DNA from: a bacterium
GTDB taxonomy: Bacteria > UBA8248
Length of the DNA stretch: 64,000 nt
Assembly (NCBI GenBank): GCA_965200245.1
Contig: CBDATS010000005.1
Span: 1 to 64,000, forward strand
Reading direction: 5' to 3'
A model generated the notes under the pieces. That model was given only the letters and a program-made list of their open reading frames with translations. It was not told the origin of the DNA and made no database searches. Shown here piece by piece: positions 21,078 through 29,928 of the stretch. Each line of letters begins with the position of its first letter. Positions within the stretch are counted from its first letter, which is position 1. The position numbers and the translations under genes were made by a program.

Positions 21078-22135
21078 ATGTCCGAGCAATGCTACCCCGT
21101 CGAACGCCTGGAACGTTTCATTCACGCCGTCCTGCGGGCGCACGACGTACTTGACGAGCACGCGCGTATTTGTGCCGTTCGCATGATGGAAGCCGACCTC
21201 CATGGTATGCACGGACACGGCATCTTCCGGCTCCCTCCCTATTGCCGCAGGATTCACGAAGGCGGCTACAACCTGAGGCCGAACATCCGCGCAGAACGCG
21301 AGACACCCGTGAGCGCGCTCGTCGACGGGGACAACGGTTTCGGCCAGGTGGTCGTGACGTTCGCGGCGGAACTCGCCATCCGGAAGTCCAGGGAAAGCGG
21401 GCTGGCATGGATCGGCATTTACCACGGAAACCACGCCGGTGCCGCCGGTGTTTACGCCGCCATGGCCCTTGAGCACGACATGATCGGTATGTACATGGCC
21501 GTCGCCAACGCCAACCACATGCCTCCCTGGGGTGGCGTGGACATGCTCCTGAGCACCAATCCCATCGCCTACGCCATTCCGGCGGGCGAGGAACCATCCT
21601 TCCTTCTCGACATGGCCACCACAGAGACCTCCTACGGGAAGGTGAAGGTCTACGCCCAGGAAGGAAAACCGATGCCCGAGGGCTGGATGATGACCAGGGA
21701 CGGAAAACCCCTCACCGACGCTTCGCACGCCGAGGAAGGGTTTCTGCTCCCCATCGGGGGACACAAGGGTTACGGGCTGAACATGATGATCGGCGCGCTC
21801 GCAGGTGTTCTGAACGGAGCGGCCTTCGGCTCCGACGTCATTGATTTCAACAGGGATTTCAGGACGCCCACGAATACCGGCCAGGTGTTTTCGCCATTCG
21901 TCCGGATATTTTCCGGGATCTGGATGACTTCAAGGCGGAGATGGACCTGAGAATCCGCGAGATAAGGAATTCCGCACCCATGGAGGGCAAGGGCCCGATA
22001 CGGATCCCCGGCGAGAACCTTGCCCGCCGAAAAGAGCAGATGCGTCGCGAGGGTGTGCCCGTCGCCGCGCCCGTGATCGCCCAACTCAGGGAACTGGCCG
22101 AAGAACTCGGTCTGGACGACAGACTCTCCGGCTGA
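21078..22135 (+). CDS. Ldh_2 (malate/L-lactate/sulfolactate dehydrogenase-like) oxidoreductase; frameshift near 21890
   Basis: HGHGIFRL, DGDNGFG, NHAG, TNPIA, DMAT, GHKGYGL; C-terminus (RIPGE) continues in another frame after a T-run. Confidence 0.88.
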
Positions 22136-23008
22136 TTACACGATACTGATCAGCGCGCCTCCCGCAACGATGAAGGCCGCTCCCAGTACCATGAGGGGCG
22201 TCAACGGTTCCATGCCTTGCGGCAGAAAACGCGAGAACAGGAGTACGAACAGGGGCTGCGCCGAGGTGATCGGCGAAACGACGACGATTCTCCCCTCCTC
22301 CAGTGCGAAGAACAGCGCCGTCAGCGCCGAGAAGCTGGCAACGCCCACGAGCACGAAATACAGCAAACCCTTCCGGGTGTAGTGCTCGCGTGCGGTTCTG
22401 GAATTTGCAAGAACCATGGCCATGACGATGCTCGAAGTACCCGCCATCACGAAAATCGCCAGCGTCTTGTAGGGCACGTCCGGCGAGGAGTAACGGATGA
22501 TGAGGTCGCGCATCACCCATATGAGTGTGGCGCCCACGGCATAGGCGATTCCGGTGAGCGCCCAGGAACGCATCTCTCCTTTCCTGATCGACAGGACCAT
22601 GATGCCGCAGATAATGAGTGCCGTTCCAAGAGCGAGTATCGGCGTGAGTTGTTCGCCAAGAAGCAACACGGCCAGCGTGCTGGAGAAGAGCGGCCCGAGA
22701 CCGCGCAAGATGCCCGAGGGGGCCGCTCCGATTCGCTGGACGCCCGCGAACTGGAAAGTCCTGGAGATGCTAGGCGTGATCATGCCGAGTCCGACGAACC
22801 AGAGCAGGTGTGGATTGGCGAAGGCGTCCAACGGCACGCTCGCCGCTATCCAGGGGAGATAGAGCAGCGCCACCGTGACCGAGGCGACGAACCCGCCAAA
22901 CACGGGAGTCGCTTCCTGCGTCGCCAGGCGCGAAAAGATGAAGGTCAGCGCGAAGAATGCCGAGGCCGCTACGGCCAGGGGAACTTCGGTCAACGTATGC
23001 CTCGCCAC
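22136..23008 (-). CDS. EamA/DMT family transporter
   Basis: 290 aa, hydrophobic; LLGEQLT, VVSPITSAQPLF. Confidence 0.88.
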   Translation of the reverse strand: MARHTLTEVPLAVAASAFFALTFIFSRLATQEATPVFGGFVASVTVALLYLPWIAASVPLDAFANPHLLWFVGLGMITPSISRTFQFAGVQRIGAAPSGILRGLGPLFSSTLAVLLLGEQLTPILALGTALIICGIMVLSIRKGEMRSWALTGIAYAVGATLIWVMRDLIIRYSSPDVPYKTLAIFVMAGTSSIVMAMVLANSRTAREHYTRKGLLYFVLVGVASFSALTALFFALEEGRIVVVSPITSAQPLFVLLFSRFLPQGMEPLTPLMVLGAAFIVAGGALISIV

Positions 23009-23048
23009 AAAAGAAAAAGCACCCCCGGTCCTTGCACCAGGGGTGCTG
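23009..23048 (-). terminator. intrinsic terminator-like hairpin
   Basis: agcacccc/ggggtgct stem followed by a U-rich run on the minus strand. Confidence 0.55.
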
Positions 23049-23066
23049 AATCAGGTGAACATCTGC

Positions 23067-24305
23067 TCAGTCCTGAATGATCAGTTCTTCGCAATAGGGA
23101 GCGCGCGTCATATAGACGGGTTCACCCTCGGTAATGAGAATGTGATCCTCGATGCGCACGCCGGCCCCGCCCGGAATGTCCGGCACGAAGATGAGCGGTT
23201 CTATGGCGAACGTCATCCCCGGCACGAACTCCACGCTCTCGGCCCCGGGCATCACCTCGCCGACATAGGGCGGCTCGTTCGGCGAAATGCCGCAGCCGTG
23301 CCCGATGAAGAGCTTGATGAAGTTGTCCTCCAAGCCCGCCGAGCGCGCGACTTCCAGGAATTCCGCCGCCGAATCGTCGTTCGTGTATCCGGGGCGCATC
23401 TTCTCGATTCCCGCCCTGAGTGCCCTGTACACGGTCGTGTACACCTTCTTCTGCATCGGATGGGGCGGACCGCCGGCCACCTTCGCGCGCCCGCAATCGC
23501 CGAAATAGCCGTTCCAGCACGCACCGATGTCGATGAACACGATGTCGGCGTTTCTGATGATTTTGTCGGTGGGAAAGCGGGTCGGCGGCGCCATGTGCTC
23601 ACCGGAAGCCACAAACGGAGACGCCAAGTGTCCGAACTCGCCGCCGTGGGTGAAGAGCGTCTTCATGGCTTCCGCCGCCACGTCGAATTCGCGCACACCG
23701 GGTTCTGCATGGTTCAGGGCCGTTATCGTCACGGCGTCGGCGATGGCGCACGCCTGGTGGAGACATGCTATCTCGTCGGGCGTCTTCTGCACCCTGCTCA
23801 TGCACATAAACTGTTCGCCGTCCACGAACGTGGCTTCGGGAAAGTATTTCTCGATCATCGCCCTCTGGGTGAATGTATGGCCGTCGAGACCGATGGTGCC
23901 GTTCGAAACCCCCCAGTCATCAAAACGTTTCTTGATATCGGTTCCTACCGTGTATTCCACGAGACCCGGTTCTTCCAGGATGCCGATGGGCACATAATCG
24001 TCAATCCAGGGCATACACTCTTCGATGCGGTGCGCCTCGCCACTCGATGCGAGCAGGGTCGGGTTGCCCTCCTGCCTGAGCAGGACACCGTAGGTGGTGG
24101 AAGAGCGGTACTGAATCATGATGACACGCGCGCTGGTGAGGTAGCGAACATTCTCGTCCTTCCAGAGGATAAGGGCGTCGATGCCCTTTTCCTTCATCGC
24201 CGCCCGCGTCTTCTCGACGCGCTCTCGGCGCATGCGATCCATGTCGATGCGGTGCTCCCAGTCGACCATCATCGACCCGCGCGCCCACGTGGGGTAGTCC
24301 GTCAT
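23067..24305 (-). CDS. M24 family (Xaa-Pro peptidase/creatinase-like) hydrolase
   Basis: ENVRYLT, KTPDEI, DIG..WNGYFGD, GHGCG, EP, GVRIED. Confidence 0.93.
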   Translation of the reverse strand: MTDYPTWARGSMMVDWEHRIDMDRMRRERVEKTRAAMKEKGIDALILWKDENVRYLTSARVIMIQYRSSTTYGVLLRQEGNPTLLASSGEAHRIEECMPWIDDYVPIGILEEPGLVEYTVGTDIKKRFDDWGVSNGTIGLDGHTFTQRAMIEKYFPEATFVDGEQFMCMSRVQKTPDEIACLHQACAIADAVTITALNHAEPGVREFDVAAEAMKTLFTHGGEFGHLASPFVASGEHMAPPTRFPTDKIIRNADIVFIDIGACWNGYFGDCGRAKVAGGPPHPMQKKVYTTVYRALRAGIEKMRPGYTNDDSAAEFLEVARSAGLEDNFIKLFIGHGCGISPNEPPYVGEVMPGAESVEFVPGMTFAIEPLIFVPDIPGGAGVRIEDHILITEGEPVYMTRAPYCEELIIQD

Positions 24306-24564
24306 TGCATCTTCCTCCTCCAAAAACAAAGATTTCGGCCTGAAAATATCGAGTCCGCAAACGATTGTCCTGAATATGAAATTCGCGGCGACGCTAGCAC
24401 CCGCGCCTTTGCCTGTCAAGAAAACACGGGTTCGGCGGACTTCCGAGGGCTGCCGAAAACGCAGACACGGTCTCCGTATCGTTGACTTCACTTCCGGGCC
24501 TCGCTACCTTCGACGTAAAAGGCACGGAACAAGCGCATTCGCCAAACCAGCAAGGAGAAACCCC

Positions 24565-25332
24565 ATGAGCCTCGTCATTTACGAAGTGAAGGATAAAACC
24601 GCCACCATCACCCTGAACCGGCCCGACAAGCTAAACGCCTACACCGAAGAGATGGTTGACGAGATGTATGAAGCCTGCCAGAGATTCATCAAGGACGACG
24701 ACGCCTGGACGGCCATCGTGACAGGTGCGGGTGATCGAGCGTTCTGCGCGGGCCACGACCTCACCCTGGTCCTGGAGAGCGAGGGCCAGTACAAGGAGCA
24801 CGATTCACCCACGATGTGGTACGGCGAGTTCGAGATATACAAGCCCATGATCGCCGCGGTGAACGGCTACGCTTTCGGCGGAGGGTGTTCGCTCGCGCTC
24901 GCGTGTGACATCCGGATTGCTTCCGAGAACGCCGTTTTCGGTTATCCCCAACCCAAATACGGCGCAATGAGCCTGGGGGGCCACCAGCGCCTTCCAAAGA
25001 CCATACCACCCGGCATCGCCATGGAGTTCATGCTCACAGGCAAACACATTCCAGCAGACGAAGCCGCGCGTTGGGGCATGGTGAACAAGGTGGTGCCCCA
25101 AGACGCGCTGATGGACGAGGCGCGCGCCATGGCCGCCCTCATCAACCAGAACGCACCGCTGGCCGTGCAGCACACGAAAGAGGCTGTATTAAAGGGCCTG
25201 AGAACGTCCGACGTGCGTGAGGGCATCGCCAATGCCAAACTCATCAGCTACCGCCTGCAGACCTCGCGCGATACGCAGGAGGGCCTCGCAGCCTTTATGG
25301 AGAAAAGAAAACCCGAATGGCAGGGCCGTTGA
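24565..25332 (+). CDS. enoyl-CoA hydratase/isomerase family protein
   Basis: LNRPDKLNA, FCAGHDL, KPMIAAVNG, AFMEKRKPEW. Confidence 0.94.
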   Translation: MSLVIYEVKDKTATITLNRPDKLNAYTEEMVDEMYEACQRFIKDDDAWTAIVTGAGDRAFCAGHDLTLVLESEGQYKEHDSPTMWYGEFEIYKPMIAAVNGYAFGGGCSLALACDIRIASENAVFGYPQPKYGAMSLGGHQRLPKTIPPGIAMEFMLTGKHIPADEAARWGMVNKVVPQDALMDEARAMAALINQNAPLAVQHTKEAVLKGLRTSDVREGIANAKLISYRLQTSRDTQEGLAAFMEKRKPEWQGR

Positions 25333-25407
25333 GAAAGTCATCTGTCCACTCTCCCTTCGTGTTCACTGGAATCTGTATCCGTTTTTCATGCACCAAGGAG
25401 CCAATAG

Positions 25408-26445
25408 ATGAGTGATACACCGAAAATCGGCATGGCCTTCATCGGTCTGGGCTGGTGGGGCGCCGTTCTCGCCGATGCTGCTCTCGCCTCCGGGAAGGTG
25501 AAGGTGACCGGCGGTTTCGCCCGCACACCCTCATCCCGTGAGGAGTTTGTCGGCAAATACGGGGGGAAGAACTTCTCCTCCATCGACGAGGTGATGGCGG
25601 ACCCCGAAACCGGGGCCGTCGTCATCGCCACGGCGAACTCCGTCCACAAGGAAATCGCCGTCGCCGCCGCACGCGCGGGCAAACACGTCCACCTGGAAAA
25701 ACCGATGGCGCTCAGTGTCTCGGACGCGAAAGCCGTCGAGCAGGCGTGCAAGGACCACGGCGTGAAACTTCACATGGGACAGAACTTCAGGCGCTGGCCG
25801 ATGTTCCGCAAGGCGAAGGAAATCGTGGAGAGCGGAGACCTCGGCCTCGTGAACTACACGGTCGCCACGTTTTCGAACAACCACGGCTTCACGGCCGGCC
25901 CCAGCAGCATGCGGTGGGACGCCACCGAAAACCCGGGAGGACCACTCTACAGCTACACCATCCATCTGGGGGACGTGATGGAATACCTCTTCGGCGATGT
26001 GGAGGAAGTAAGCGCCGCATGCGCCAAGGTGGGCGGCCCCAACCCCCAGGAAGACGCCGCCGCCGCCATCCTGCGTTTCAAGAGCGGGCTGATGGGCACG
26101 ATTTCGGGCAGCTACCTGGCACCCTTCCACTTCGCCTTCGACATCCAGGGCACTGAAGCAAACCTGAGCCTCTCGACCACCGAAAACCCGACTCTCAAAC
26201 GGCCCATCGACCTGATGGGCGGTCTCGAAACCGAAACCGTGGAACTGGAACACGATCTCGTCGAAGGAAGGCTCCTCGCCAACCGCGAGCAGTTCGACGA
26301 CCTCGTAGACGCGATTCGAGAAGACAGGAACCCCGAAGTCACCGGAAGGCACGGGGTGCGTGCGCTCGCCATCATGCGGGCGATTCTGAAGAGCAACACC
26401 GAGAGGCGGTTCGTGACGATCGAAGAAATTCTGGAGAACGACTAG
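25408..26445 (+). CDS. Gfo/Idh/MocA family oxidoreductase
   Basis: IGLGWWG, GKHVHLEKPMA, GG...H..D. Confidence 0.93.
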   Translation: MSDTPKIGMAFIGLGWWGAVLADAALASGKVKVTGGFARTPSSREEFVGKYGGKNFSSIDEVMADPETGAVVIATANSVHKEIAVAAARAGKHVHLEKPMALSVSDAKAVEQACKDHGVKLHMGQNFRRWPMFRKAKEIVESGDLGLVNYTVATFSNNHGFTAGPSSMRWDATENPGGPLYSYTIHLGDVMEYLFGDVEEVSAACAKVGGPNPQEDAAAAILRFKSGLMGTISGSYLAPFHFAFDIQGTEANLSLSTTENPTLKRPIDLMGGLETETVELEHDLVEGRLLANREQFDDLVDAIREDRNPEVTGRHGVRALAIMRAILKSNTERRFVTIEEILEND

Positions 26446-26558
26446 GCCTCGGACCGGACCCTGGCCAAAGGGAGTCCGTTCGCGTACAATCCATACTTGT
26501 TGGCCCAACGTATACCTGCGACCTGTTCCGCCCAGACTCGCTCTGGAAACAGTCCCTG

Positions 26559-27065
26559 ATGGGCAGACGCCGCGATTCACCAGACTTTATTCGCTCCAAC
26601 AAGATCCCGGCACTTGATTACCGGCCCGCAGCCCGTGAGCGCGAACTCACCCGAAAACTCATCGCATCCACCAGTGCGGGTGAGCGAGAAGTGCTGGGCC
26701 AGAATCTGCTCGACAGTATTTGCCGCAGCCTCAAAATCCCCCGCGTGCGCCTGCGTGTATTTGAAAAGCGGCAACCCCACAAGCTGCGCGACGGAAAACT
26801 CGCCTACAAACTTTTCGGTGTCTACTACTGCGACAGCGCAATAATCGAAATCGCCAACCTCACCTCCATTCGCAAGCAAACCGTCGCAGGCAAGACTTTT
26901 CTGGACACCCTCATCCACGAACTCATGCACCACGTCGACAGGAAATTTCTCAGAATCCCCTCCACCCCCCACAGTTACGGCTTTTATGCGCGCATCGCGG
27001 ACCTCAAGAACAAGCTCATGCGCGCCAAGGGAGCAGAACACCCCTCCTCTCAAGAGGCCGCCTGA
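26559..27065 (+). CDS. WLM/SprT-like zinc metalloprotease
   Basis: TLIHELMHH...PHSYGFY (HExxH plus a third His); frame stays open past the TGA to 27362. Confidence 0.7.
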   Translation: MGRRRDSPDFIRSNKIPALDYRPAARERELTRKLIASTSAGEREVLGQNLLDSICRSLKIPRVRLRVFEKRQPHKLRDGKLAYKLFGVYYCDSAIIEIANLTSIRKQTVAGKTFLDTLIHELMHHVDRKFLRIPSTPHSYGFYARIADLKNKLMRAKGAEHPSSQEAA

Positions 27066-27559
27066 CAAAGGCCCGAAAACCTGACGGCGGCTCTTGAGAT
27101 GGCGATCACAGACGCGCGGGCGAGTGACATTCCGCAAAACCCCGCAATACCGGATGCATCGGCGAGGCCCGGTACAGGAAAGCCGAGATGGAGTCCGCCG
27201 GAGAAACCGCAACCTCTCGTTCCGGCGACACAAGGAGAATCAGGCGCAGCGAAACCCCGGAACAAAACGCCGCGCACGCCGGGAGAAAAAGACACGTCTC
27301 CGAGCCATTCTCCGAAAAACACACCTTCGGAGAAAGACCCGCAATTGTCGTTCGGTTTCTGATTTCTAGAAACTACTTTAGACAAACAATATTACACCCT
27401 GAAATATAAAGTGAAAAAAATTCAGGGAATACGCCTGCCTGGAACGCTCTTCCGCCTTCCGGCTTGGACGGTTGTTTTTCATCCGGCGATTGGGTAAACA
27501 AGTGCACTGGGGATAAGTCATCATACATCCAAACACAGCTTGCAGAGGAGTTCTCTCAC

Positions 27560-28252
27560 ATGAGACCAGCTAACGATTCCGTCCCGAAACCCTGGGGCCC
27601 GATGGCGGGTTTTTGGTCCTGGCAGTACCTGAATCTCTGGAAAACGATCAAACTCGTCACCAGCAAACGGGTCAAGAGTTTTTACGAAAAATTTCCGGAC
27701 GTACTTCCTCCCGGCACCCCCTTCCCCGACTTCGAACTCAAGGACATTCACGGTAACGTCCACAGCATGTCGGGCTATCTCGGCAAGAAATACGTGGTGA
27801 TCACCACGGGCGCCATCACGTGACCGCCCTACAGGCGGCAGGTGCCGTTTTATGAGGAATTGCAGGAGAAATATTCCGACCGCGACGTGGTCGTTTTCAA
27901 TCTATACGTAAGGGAACCCCATGCGAGCGAACGCGGATTCCCGGAAATCAGAAACCACGAATCCTATGAACACAAACGCAGCTACGCCCAGAAGCTTGCC
28001 GAGATCAAGAAGATGGAAACGAATATTCTGGTCGATAAGATGGACCAGAAAGTGCACGCCATGCTCGGAGAGCTCCCGAACACCATCTGGGTCATCGGCA
28101 AGGACGGCAAGGTAGCTTACAAATGTACATGGTCCAATGCAGAACACGTGGATGAATATCTGGCGCAGATGGTAAACGAGGACCCTGCATTCGAACGGAT
28201 GCCCAAAATAGAACACACCATCTTCACCGCTCGTGCCGGCACGGCCATCTAG
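27560..28252 (+). CDS. iodothyronine deiodinase-like thioredoxin-fold selenoprotein (Sec at 27821-27823)
   Basis: PDFEL...VVITTGAIT-U-PPY...LYVREPH...GELPN; two ORFs in one frame; GAGGAG RBS. Confidence 0.85.
27834..27849 (+). promoter_or_regulatory. candidate bacterial SECIS hairpin
   Basis: GGCGGC-AGGU-GCCGUU; loop starts 16 nt after the UGA. Confidence 0.6.
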
Positions 28253-28267
28253 CGAAATTCATTCTGG

Positions 28268-28296
28268 AAAGCGCCCCTTTTTCAAGAGGCGTTTTT
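28268..28296 (+). terminator. intrinsic terminator
   Basis: gcgcccctt-tttc-aagaggcgt followed by a T run. Confidence 0.55.
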
Positions 28297-28328
28297 CGTT
28301 TCTGCAGGGAAACAAAGGGAACCGGGAC

Positions 28329-28853
28329 ATGGATGCATCGACTATCATCAAGGAGCGCCTGGAAGCCTACGGCATGAGGCTTCGGGAAGTCATGGAAGAC
28401 GTTACGGATGAGAATCTGACGCTTCAACCCGGTCCGAACGACAACCCCATGGGCTGGCTCATCTGGCATATGACACGCTTTGAGGACAGGACGTTTTCCT
28501 TCCTTGGTGGAACCCCGGAACTCTGGATAGAGGAGAAATGGCACGAACGGTTCGACATGGAGCCTGATCCCGACTGCACCGGCGTGGGCTTTACTCTCGA
28601 ACAGGTTCTGGCGCTTCAGGTCAGCAAGGATTCCCTGATGGGCTACTTCGAAGCGGTACGCGAAAAGACGCTCTCCTGCCTCTCGGAACTGAGTGCGGAA
28701 GACCTGGATCGCGAAGAAACCGATTTCTACACCCAAAAGCCCATCAAGCTCGGTCTGGTTCTCGGAAGATTTCTCGGCGACCACCTCTCACACGTGGGAC
28801 AGATATGTTATCTGAGGGGCCACATCGCAGGCTGGGGTCGATACCCCGCATAG
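28329..28853 (+). CDS. DinB family protein
   Basis: NPMGWLIWHM..ED; HLSHVGQICYLRG. Confidence 0.9.
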   Translation: MDASTIIKERLEAYGMRLREVMEDVTDENLTLQPGPNDNPMGWLIWHMTRFEDRTFSFLGGTPELWIEEKWHERFDMEPDPDCTGVGFTLEQVLALQVSKDSLMGYFEAVREKTLSCLSELSAEDLDREETDFYTQKPIKLGLVLGRFLGDHLSHVGQICYLRGHIAGWGRYPA

Positions 28854-28856
28854 ACT

Positions 28857-29858
28857 TCAATCGAGTTCGCCCAGAACCTGGAGCGCACGCCTGACGTCCC
28901 CTTCCGGCGTCTCGTCGGGGATTCGGAAAAGCGGCTGCGTGACACCCATCTCCCGGAGGGCGGCGAGCATCTCGTTGCATCTGGATTTGGGACCGCAGAT
29001 GGCGAGGTCATCCACGAGTTCATCGGAGAGCGCTTCCCCCACTGCACTGCGTCCTCCCTTCCGCCAGGCCGCGCGGATGTTGTCGGCGTCTTCACCGTAG
29101 CCCCAGCGAGTGAGCTGGGCGTGGTAGTAATCACCCATCGCGCCGATGTAAAAACCCAGTTCAGGTTTCACGAGCGCTCGGGCGCGTTCCAGGTCGTCAA
29201 AGGGCGCCGTGTAGACGAATGGCGCCACGTCGATTTCCGCCACCGGCCTGCCCGCCGATTCAGCCCCCTCTTCCAGGAACCTGAGCGCGTCCCTCGTCCT
29301 CGAAAAGGGTATGCAGAAAGGAATCCAGCCATCGGCAATCTCTCCGGTCAGCCTTGTGTAGTTCGGACCGTTCGACCCCAGGTATATCGGCAGACGCTCC
29401 TGCAGCGGTTTTCGCCTGAGCCTGAACCCGCTCATCCGGTAGATATCGCCGTCCAGCTGCACGCGCTCGCCACGAAACGCCTGGCGCAAGGCTTCGACCA
29501 TCTCTCGTGTGCGCCTGAGCGGGCTGCCAAAGGGAATCCCGTGCCAGTTCTCGATCACCGCCCGGCCGCTCGATCCGATTCCCAGATGAAAGCGGCCGTC
29601 GCTCAGGACGTCGAGTTCCGCCGCCGTCTGCGCCATGAGACCCGGCGTTCTGCCGTAAACGTTGAACACCGCCGATCCCAGCTTGATCCTGTCCACCGCC
29701 TGTGCCGCCATGGCGATGAGGATGCTCCCGTCGCGCACCCAGGTTTCGGGAAACCAGAGCGAATCGATGCCCGAATCCTCGCACCACCTCGCAAAACGCG
29801 GCACGTCGCGCGCGTCGATAATCTCCTGATGCCACAGAACGACCCCTTTCCCCGTCAT
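28857..29858 (-). CDS. LLM class flavin/F420-dependent oxidoreductase
   Basis: LWFPE, IKLGSAV, LDVLSDGRFHLGIG, GEIADGW. Confidence 0.92.
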   Translation of the reverse strand: MTGKGVVLWHQEIIDARDVPRFARWCEDSGIDSLWFPETWVRDGSILIAMAAQAVDRIKLGSAVFNVYGRTPGLMAQTAAELDVLSDGRFHLGIGSSGRAVIENWHGIPFGSPLRRTREMVEALRQAFRGERVQLDGDIYRMSGFRLRRKPLQERLPIYLGSNGPNYTRLTGEIADGWIPFCIPFSRTRDALRFLEEGAESAGRPVAEIDVAPFVYTAPFDDLERARALVKPELGFYIGAMGDYYHAQLTRWGYGEDADNIRAAWRKGGRSAVGEALSDELVDDLAICGPKSRCNEMLAALREMGVTQPLFRIPDETPEGDVRRALQVLGELD

Positions 29859-29899
29859 GAACCGTCTCTCCTCCAACTGCAACTCCCCGCATGCCGCGC

Positions 29900-29928
29900 T
29901 TGACAGATGCGGGCATCATCCCTATAAA
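29900..29928 (+). promoter_or_regulatory. sigma70-like promoter
   Basis: TTGACA-17 nt-TATAAA; implies the helicase start may be the near-leaderless GTG 29937. Confidence 0.55.

Noticed and set aside
21880-21900. Programmed frameshift in the Ldh_2 gene
   Set aside because: One missing T in a T-run explains it; same pattern as rex, so probably a sequencing indel
27063-27065. Selenocysteine at the protease TGA
   Set aside because: Lies in a low-complexity linker with no redox motif and no clear SECIS hairpin
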